DNA of 45,090 nucleotides, the filler included, from Jimgerdemannia flammicorona (Eukaryota): the NCBI GenBank assembly GCA_003990765.1. It is 2 parts of 2 records of this genome, joined end to end, with 100 filler letters (N's around TTAATTAATTAA, not from the genome) between each part and the next. Parts side by side here need not be neighbours in the genome. Positions count along the whole stretch, not along the records: positions 22,597 to 45,090 come from RBNJ01001265.1; 1 more part is not named here. One strand, written 5' to 3'. Under the pieces are notes generated by a model that saw nothing but the letters and a program-made list of their open reading frames with translations, was not told the DNA's origin and did not search any database. The position numbers and the translations under genes are program-made. Below, in pieces: positions 36,889-45,090 of this stretch. Numbering within the stretch: the first letter of the stretch is position 1; each line of letters begins with the position of its first letter.

Positions 36889-38949
36889 TGTAAATATCAT
36901 TTCTCCATCACAAATACTCGTACATCATAGCAACATATACCTTTGCTCTGCATACGCATGAGTAAATTTCTGATTTGCGAGACGATTGTTGGCACTTCGT
37001 TTGGTTCTTCTTGCACCAAAACAGAAACATAGCCCTTTGGGCTATTCAGTCGCAACAGTTGCATCACAAGACCTGCATCATCATTAAAGCGTTAAGTTTC
37101 GTACTCATATAATTTATATGTTCAGTTCTACCTACCCGAGTGAAGCAAGCCCACAACCTGTAGCTTTTTCACTTTCACTTCTTCATTCTTGACATATCGA
37201 CCCAACGAAACGAGCATATCGTGCATGACTTTGGCTAATTTGTGGTAATCATTGAGTCGCTTCGTTCCAGCCGTGCCATCGAACATCTTGCCAACCTCGA
37301 TTGCCCCGAACTCAAGATTGTTGACCGGCGAACGAAAAATGACATCTATCCGGCGGCCCATCTTCTTACGTTCAGACCGCGACCTTGCGCGATTCTTCCG
37401 CGCCGAGGTGGAAACACTTGCGGATTCCTTTCTGCGGTTAACAGAAACATAAAATGTGAAATACAAAAGAGAAGAGAGAGAATAAATAGCGAAAGAACCT
37501 CTTACCTAACCAATTCTATATCGTGCAGATTTCCAAATGCACGATCTATGATGGATGCCCAAACATTCGCGTCAAACCACCCTTCCAGGTGGGCCTTTTG
37601 CAGTCTTTGGGCCGGATCTCCCACATCCATTAAACTGCAAATGAATGTCTATGTAAATGTATATGTCATTATAAGGTTTACGTGCGCAGGGAGATAAGAT
37701 ACTTACAAGTTTCGCACTACGTTTTCTGCCCATTCAGCGTCAAAATGTTTTTCGCGGTCATAGGCTTCGTCCTCAGGTCGAAACGACGTTGTTTCCATTA
37801 TATGCCTCAATTCGTCAGCGGTCCTGGCCTGAAGTGACAATAAAACATAAGCGTTATGATTGCAAAGAATACAAAAGCAGCATCACCACCTCAACTTACT
37901 TGGGCAAAGCGTATCAACGATTGCGCGTAGCCTCGGCTCACTTCAGGGACTTTCCGGATAGTGGCTCGAATTTCCCCCTGTTCTGCGGAGGTAAATAAGT
38001 TTGTTGTTTCTGCATCATTCAAATCGATGATCCATGAATGCATCAACGATTCGGTTGACAGCTTCTGGCCATGATTGAAGATAATGTCTTCAACGTATGA
38101 GCCAGAAGATAGAAGCCACTTGCCCGACTGGTGCATTTTTTCAAATGATTCTCGAAAATTCTTAAGCTGCAATGTTGGCAGCCCTTTCCGTTCAGTGTCA
38201 CTCAAGCTGGTAAAAAAAAAAAAAAAAATTAGGATGAAAGATTGAAACACACCATATCAAACACGGGCATACCTTTGGTTGTACTCCGATCCAGATTCAG
38301 TATCTGATTCCGAAATGCTTGTCTAAAAATAATAGCAGCACGTTGTTAGCGTTGGAAATAATTTGTGGCAGAAATACAATCATACCTTGTCCAACTTACC
38401 TGCAATTCAACTGGCATTCTTTTTAGTTGGGTCTTGTAAGGCCCACGAGCCGATCGTTTTTTCGCTGACTCACACGGTGATTCGTCGCTGTCGCTTTCGT
38501 CGTTCTCATCACCATGGAGCGTGCCATGAGGCCTTTTTTGTCCCAAACTGATGTCATGGTCCTTGTGGACGTTGCCCTGCGAAGGAGAATGTAAATTAGT
38601 CACATCTTGTTTTTGAGTCTTGGCAATATGCACCCGCTCCGATTTTACCTCTGATTTCCTTAATAATTCAGTACCACCGTTAATTGTTCCGATTTCATGA
38701 AAGGAGCTGCCATGAAATCTTGGTCGGTATAAGCGTACAGAACTAGTGGTGTTTTTGCGATTATTTTCCCATTCTCTTGCCAACTGACGGTCGGCCCGAT
38801 TTCCCTAGGTATGGAATATAAAGAAATCAGTAAAATATTCTACTAATATCATTTCTTGTTTGATTTGCCATCCCACTAAGTTACCAGCGTTGGGCCCCCC
38901 GCCCGAAGGCTCTTTTAAACACAGGCAAACTCGAAGGTCGCCTGCCCCA

Positions 38950-39100
38950 ACGCAAACAAACTTAGAGATTGCTGGGCCTAGTGGGCTAGTGGAAGGTCGA
39001 CTTAGAGACTTGAACGCCAAACAAACTTAGAGATTGCTCGCGCCCTACCACTAGTTTCGTGGCTCGACTTAGAGACTTGAATGGCGGGAAACTTAGAGAT
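38950..39100. repeat. Intronic repeat array with CTTAGAGA cores
   Basis: CTTAGAGA at 38961, 39001, 39026, 39068 and 39092. Confidence 0.8.
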
Positions 39101-41046
39101 CCCACGCCACGCCACCATTTCAAAACAAAACAGGGGAAAAAAAGGTAGACTCGCCTATTTATATTGGTCGAACAGCTGTTTTGCCTGTTTCTGCCTTTGA
39201 CCTTTTTCAGTTTCAGAGATAATCTCGAGGGACGTAAGGTAAAGCGCTACCTTGACTTGAAATGGTTCCTCATCACATTCATCCAAAAAGCCAAGAATAC
39301 TCCACTTCGAAGGCCTGCGTCCGAAATATTGGTGTACTTTGCGTCCGGACATAACTGAGAGAAACATAAAAGTCGTCAGTGTTCGCGTGAGAGAAACTTT
39401 GACGCGTCCGAATAGTGCAATTTGCACCGGAAGATCACGTGTTTCTGTGACATATCCCTATCAATATCAAATCACATCCTTGGTTTGCTTTTAACATTTT
39501 ATTTGGTGGATATTAAAAATTAAAAGGTTACAGGCAAAAATAAAACTTTCGAACCTAATGATGCTCACTTTGTCTGGTTTTGTTGCAGCACGCCCCATAT
39601 AATATATATTTTTATCTATAATAATATTTTTACTTATTATAGACTTTTGTATTATAATTTATACTTTATAAATATTAAGACATATATCAAACTCACACTT
39701 ATATAATTTTGATAAATATAAATAGAGCTATTATATAAAGCTACTATATTATACTTAGTAGAATTAACAAATTCTATATATATCTGAAATTGTATACAAG
39801 CTACTCTCTATTTCTCACCTCTTGCAAAACTTCATGTCCCAGCCAAAGTGTAAAGATTGACTAGCTGAGTTTGACTGAACCAACTCGTGCTTTTGATTAC
39901 AAATGTTCGCGAGCCTTATAGAAGGAATGTGTTGAGGTAGGGGTTGTGTTTGGTATACCTCGTTTCACAATTTGCGGAGAGTTGACTTCACATTTCATAA
40001 TCGAGCTTTGTGCAATTGAAGCGGAACTTGATGACACTAATGGACATGAGCTGCTGTGGGGGGGGGGGGCGGGGGCTACCTGGTAACTCTGCCATACATC
40101 CACCAAAAAGAACCTTGCGTTGTCTAGTCGGGACAAGGAAGGGAGAGGAGAAGGATTACGGTACCGATGATGTTGCAGCAGCCCCACCCGCGATCTATAA
40201 ATAAATGAATAATATTCAAGGAAATGTAATACGAAGCTGGCTTGACGGGCTTGAGGGGAGCAGATTTGGTGGTAGATGGTAGGTAGTATTGCGACAACGT
40301 GCATGAAAGTAGATTAATAGCAGCTTCACATGGTATTGGGGGGGCTGATGACGAGTTATAAATAAAATTGATACAAATAAAGAAATGTAGTCAATTTAGT
40401 GCAATTGGGTAGAAGACAGATGGCAAGACGACGACGAGAAGGACTAGGTTGGGAGCAGGCCTGTGTGTCGAAAGGGCTCGGACGGTCGAAAATTGGGGAC
40501 CACCTCGCAACGGGTAGGAACGGGTAAGGATGGGCAGCAAGTCGGCCGCACAAGGGCGGATGAAATAGCGCCGGGGCCTGATACTCTGGGCGTATGATGA
40601 CGCCACGGGTTCGCCGATTCGGAGGAGAGTCATGCGGTCGGACAATGGGACCCGCTATCCCCCGTCCAAATTTTCTTGGCGCCCCCTTTCCCTCGTTCAT
40701 TGCTCTCTCCGTGACAAGCCGCACCCCCCGGAAACCTCGTCCCGCACCGGCCTTTTCTCAACCCGTAAGTATCGGCCACAGAACCATACGCCCTCGCACA
40801 CAGACCATCCCTCCCTCCCAACGCCCTTCCCTCCCGTCTCAATATTTTCCTGCCCTTTGCGCAAAAGACCCATTTCATTTTTTGTCCCGGACAACCAACC
40901 CCCCCCACCCCCTGCCGGACAATTAACCTATTCGCAATGTCGCTTCATGACAGACACCAAGGTCTTGATCACAACTCGCCCAAACTTGGTCCACCATTTA
41001 CTGCCACCGCTCACAACAAAAAAAAATAGTCACCACACTGTTGTCA

Positions 41047-42533
41047 ATGGCCTCCTCCTCGTCCCCTGCCAACGGCGTTGTTGGCATGAACCCTAATGGC
41101 GTAGGCCCAGCTGCTGCGCAGCAGGCGCCACACCACCACCCCCCAGTCACCCCTAACGGAGAATACAACCAGCTGCAACCAAACCTCGCCGACATTCTCA
41201 ATGACGATAAGATTCTGCGCCTCTACCAGTCCGTTAAGGAAATCAAGTCGCAGCAATCGCCCAAGCAGACCGGACAAATGTTCTTCGCCATTTGTCACGC
41301 TCTGGGGGACTCTGTTTACTTCCTCAAGATCCCCGACGTCAACAAAATTCTGTTCCGCCAGGACTCGCAGTATTTCGCTGTCAACCTTGCCGGCGCCCAG
41401 AGCGACGAGCGTGCCGGCGCGGACCCAGCCTCCGGCGGGCTCGGTGTCGGCGTCGGCGCTGGCGCCGTGGCGTTCGCCAACCCTGGCGCAGCGGCGACTC
41501 CTGACGGGTCGTTCCCACTAGACGGTATGAAACTTGAGCATACAACTTTTGCGGTCCAGCCACCTACCGCCGCGCCGGCAAGGATGGGCGAACAGACCAT
41601 GTTCTTCTCGAACCCACCCGTCGCGGGCACAGGAAAGAGGAAGAGCACGGATGATGGGAAGGAGCAAGGGAAGAGGGGAAGGAAACCTGGACCGAGGGAT
41701 AAGGATTACAATGCCAGACGTATGTTTTTTCATATTTTATATCGGTTATTTTTTATTTATTTATTTTATTTATTTTATTTTATTTTTCCCACGAGTTAAA
41801 TCTAGGCAACTGTAACTGTGAACTTATTTTTATTTTTATTTTTTTCGATGCAGGTGGTGATCTAATTCAAGATCTTCTCAACGTCACCGACGCTGACCTG
41901 CTTAACCACTCTGCCACCCTACCCGATGACGTCAAACTTTTGATACAAGGCCTCGACCATGGCTCCCACTCGTCCCTCGCACCTCCAACCTCTGCTCTTA
42001 CACGGCTCGCGCAGTACGCTAATCAGCAACCCCACGTGGACTGCGATTATGCGCCCAAGAACTCGGGCGTCTACTTTAACTATGAATACCACCAACTCTA
42101 CCTTGCGTTCCGTGACTTTGAGCGCGAGCAGCTGGCACGCACAGGTCAGACCCCTAACGAGGCCAAACCCACCATCGTCCAATTCCGGGCTGAGGTCGAG
42201 AAGCTTCTCGTCAGCACCAACTGGGAGGCGTTCCGGCGCCGGTTGACAATCGGGGAGCGCATCTATCAGCTGACCAACGTGTTGGGCAAAGGGTTCCTCC
42301 TCCTGTCCAAGGAGATCAGCGGACGTAAGTTGCTCCACGGTTTCAACACGACTGAGTGGGCCGACTTCGTCAAAGATTTTTCGAGACCAGAACACAAGGA
42401 TCTGGCGCAGAGGTTGCAGGCTAAGTTTGCGAGCGATAAGTATTTCTCGCTGGGGCCGAGCGTGCTGCAAGTACAAGGACATCCGCAGGCGCAGGCGCAG
42501 CCACAGCCAGTGGCGACATATCGGTACGCCTAA
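41047..42533 (+). CDS. Hypothetical protein, ~450 aa, two exons, possibly nuclear
   Basis: Exons 41047-41719 and 41854-42533 join in frame over a GT-AG intron (YNAR-RGDLIQD). GC-rich codons; basic GKRKS...KRGRKPGP segment; helical C-terminal region. No family recognised. Confidence 0.8.
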
Positions 42534-43207
42534 GGAAACGATAGATTGAAGGGAATAGAACGTAATTGTGCGTTCATTTGTTGATATAAACAAAAAATTG
42601 ATCACGAAGCGGAGTTTGATTTGCAGCTCCAGCGTGTTGTGTGGTGTCTCTGTGACCGCCTTACTTGTCTATAGCGTTTCGCAAGGTATTTCCTTTGTCT
42701 CACGTCGTTTGTTTCCAGATTTGGAGGATTTTGTCTTCTGCACATTGTATTATTACCTTGCTCTTGCGTCTCCATTTGCGGTACCTGATTGCCCGTATCT
42801 TTGCATATATATTACTCATGTATATGTTTTCCATCCATTTGTATAAACACTTTGTGTTGTTAAAAAAGAAAATACTGCGTTTTCATCAATGATGAGTTTC
42901 TGTGATTGCAATATATCATATAGATATCATCACTGTTCTGGACAAGCGCAATTTCAGCTCTCTATGATGTATCTTCATATGTGTGTATTGATTTCGATAG
43001 AGACATAAATGGCTATATTGAGCGCTGTTTTCTTCCAATGGAAGTAGGTTTGCCAAATGCATGGATGTATTCGAAACGAATCAAGATAAGGGGGAAATGG
43101 GGGCGTGTGACGTCACCATGTCCTTTATTTAATTGACAGTCAGATGAATTGCTTGTTTGGAGAAAGAGAACTCCTTCCATTCCCTCACATCCCTCCCAAA
43201 TAATGCA

Positions 43208-45027
43208 ATGGAATACAAACTAGAGTGTGACCAAGACATTCAATTTCACGACTGCAGCGATGACTTCCACGTCGTTCCTTCACTCGAGTCCCAGTTTGCC
43301 GAGGTCTCGCTCGATGGTCACAACCATAACCATACAGTACGCCACAACCACGAGGAAGACTACGACGATGTCCTTCACGGTCTAGAGCTTGAGGACGAAC
43401 TTCACAATAGAACTACATCACCCGCCATCGCCATCACCTCACCACTTGCGCCACAGGACCTTCCATCCCCTTCTCCACCAAGCTCGCTCCTCTCCTCCTT
43501 GCCAAGAAGCTCGACCGACGAGGCAACCATATTCGCCGCTGATCGTCTTCTTGCCGAGCTCGCATCCGACTCCCCCATTGGCGGTTCCCCTCGTACCCTC
43601 CCGATCCCCACGCCGCATTCCGACTACCACCTCAGCCCCTCCCCACACACGGCGCGTATGACCTCGCACAGTCCCTACTCTTCCTCCCCAACACACTATG
43701 ACCAGTTTTTTGAGGAGGTCTCGCTCGACCTGCCGCGCGACCACCTCACGCTCCCTTCTGCTGCCCCACCGACCGGTGGTGCGAAACTGTTCGGCTTCTC
43801 GCTCCGCAAATCAAGTTCTAACACCGTGACGGGCACTCTTGCAGGCTCTCCAACCGGCTCGGATAGCGCTATTTACTCGGCCCGAGGGAAGTTCTCCGCC
43901 AGCGCCGTCGACGTATCCGGGCCGTATTGGTCCATCTCCGACGTGCTCAACGACACGGGTGCTGCAACGGTCAGCAGTGCAGCTGCCATGGCCGCGAGCA
44001 TCTCCATGTCGCCGTCCGCGTCATTCAAGGGCAGGGAGGACCAGCTGTCGATGGTAAAGCGAAGCCAGTCGGTTGGGAAGCGGTCGAGTATGGTAGAAGT
44101 GAAGGCGCTGGGAGGAGGGTCGAAGAATAGGTTGGCACGCAGGCCGAGGTATGTTTGGTTGTGCAATGGTTTGCGAAAGGGAATATACATTTCTAGAAGA
44201 TGCGATCATTTCTAATGCATCTGATCGTTGTAACGCAGCGCTGGGGCAATCCTGAATCCGTTTAGTAAATCTCATCACCAGCTGCACCCACTGGATGCTA
44301 ATATCTCCAAAACCAGGCCGAGGTAATGATGATGTTGATGGTCTTCTTATTTGCGAGCGTAGATTACTCTGGACTTACGGTGCCGAGGTAGAGTTCTTTG
44401 GTTATTATCGTTAATTCCGTTTGCTTTCAACAGAATGCTTCCACCAAAGAATCCGGTGGAGGAGAAGCGGCATCTACAGGAGCACGAGGCCATGATGAAG
44501 AAGGCTAAGGCGTTAGGTGTGTTTGCTGTCGGAACCGGTCCCTCGCATCGCCAGTTGATATCTCAATATTATTATATCTGAAATCTTAAAATGCTTTCCG
44601 TTACGCGTGCCCCATCGTCACTCAGAGGAAAAACGGGCAAAGGAAACGCAGAAAAAGAAGGAAGAGCGCGACAGGCATTTTCAAAGCGCCCTTCACACAT
44701 GGGAGGCGGATATTTTGCCGCATTGGAGGACAAAGTATGTAAATGACACAGTGGGATTGGGATAACGATGATAATGAAGTAGAGGGAGAAAGTAATTAAG
44801 CGTGTTCGGTACCGGTGTGGTGGAAAGACAGCGTGCAAAATCGGACAATGGTTTTTAGCATTGCATTTGCAGCGTATAATTTCTCAATTTCTTGAAACAC
44901 CATATTCTGAACCCTTGTAGACGATATGATAAGAAAACACGGGAATTGTGGCTCAAAGGCGTGCCACCGCGCTGTCGTGGCAAAGTATGGACGCTCTGCA
45001 TTGGCAACTCGCTTGGTGTATCCAAAG
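43208..45027 (+). CDS. TBC1D12/TBC1D14-like Rab GTPase-activating protein, 5' part (continues past window)
   Basis: Exons 43208-44148, 44239-44322, 44434-44516, 44626-44734, 44921-45027. Ser/Pro-rich N-terminus, then TRPRMLPPKNPVEEKRHLQEHEAMM, WEADILPHW, TRELWLKGVPPRCRGKVWTLCIGNSL (start of TBC domain). Confidence 0.88.
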
Positions 45028-45090
45028 GTAGGATTAGACAAGGAAGACCAATGATTAGTTTTTATGATGCATATACTGATTTTTTTTTTT

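Larger units (their letters stand above)
36256..39352 (-). pseudogene. Multi-exon gene with C-terminal PD-(D/E)XK restriction-endonuclease-like domain; probably disrupted
   Basis: About nine spliceable exons: MSGRKVHQYF..., KWLLSSGSYVEDII, HLEGWFDANVW, KESAS...KMGRRIDVIF...EFGAIEVGK...KLAKVMHDML...VVGLLHSG, PKGYVSVL. The E...D...ExxK layout fits the fold. Exon 1 ends in TAG (39157-39155) before a GC donor, and the last junction looks out of phase. Confidence 0.65.

Noticed and set aside
38950..39100. CRISPR array
   Set aside because: Only 2-3 imperfect units in a spliceosomal intron; no cas genes.
40356..41096. Cluster of overlapping ORFs upstream of 41047
   Set aside because: GC-rich promoter/UTR-like DNA with no protein features.
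42100..42400. Resemblance of host GERIYQLTNVLG helix to LTR-ORF AKKIHQIFRHAP
   Set aside because: Only a hydrophobic-pattern similarity; needs profile or structure comparison.

Overview
Eukaryotic, intron-rich fungal DNA. The gene families and intron style suggest Mucoromycota, possibly Endogonales-like; this is inference only. About 30 kb (806-4750, 6606-36250) is a nested graveyard of AT-rich, CpG-stripped transposons whose damage is almost entirely C>T/G>A. It contains: a full-length 6.07-kb chromodomain Ty3/Gypsy element (404-bp LTRs, ATTCT target-site duplication, dUTPase between Gag zinc knuckle and protease) plus an older relative; a second Gypsy family with dUTPase between protease and RT, whose ~1.55-kb LTR carries a ~267-codon ORF in U3 (two copies plus a distant homologue); a short-LTR sister element; and L1/Tx1-type LINE, hAT and PIF/Harbinger remnants. 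CpG-rich islands hold four spliced genes: a METTL21-family methyltransferase, a probably pseudogenised PD-(D/E)XK-like nuclease gene, a ~450-aa hypothetical protein and the 5' part of a TBC1D12/14-like Rab-GAP. A 100-bp artificial scaffold linker lies at 22497-22596. Best leads: the LTR-encoded accessory ORF, RIP-like hypermutation in an apparently early-diverging fungus, two differently placed dUTPase captures, and a candidate antisense Pol III RNA in the Gypsy 3' UTR. All alignments and counts were done by eye and need computational confirmation.
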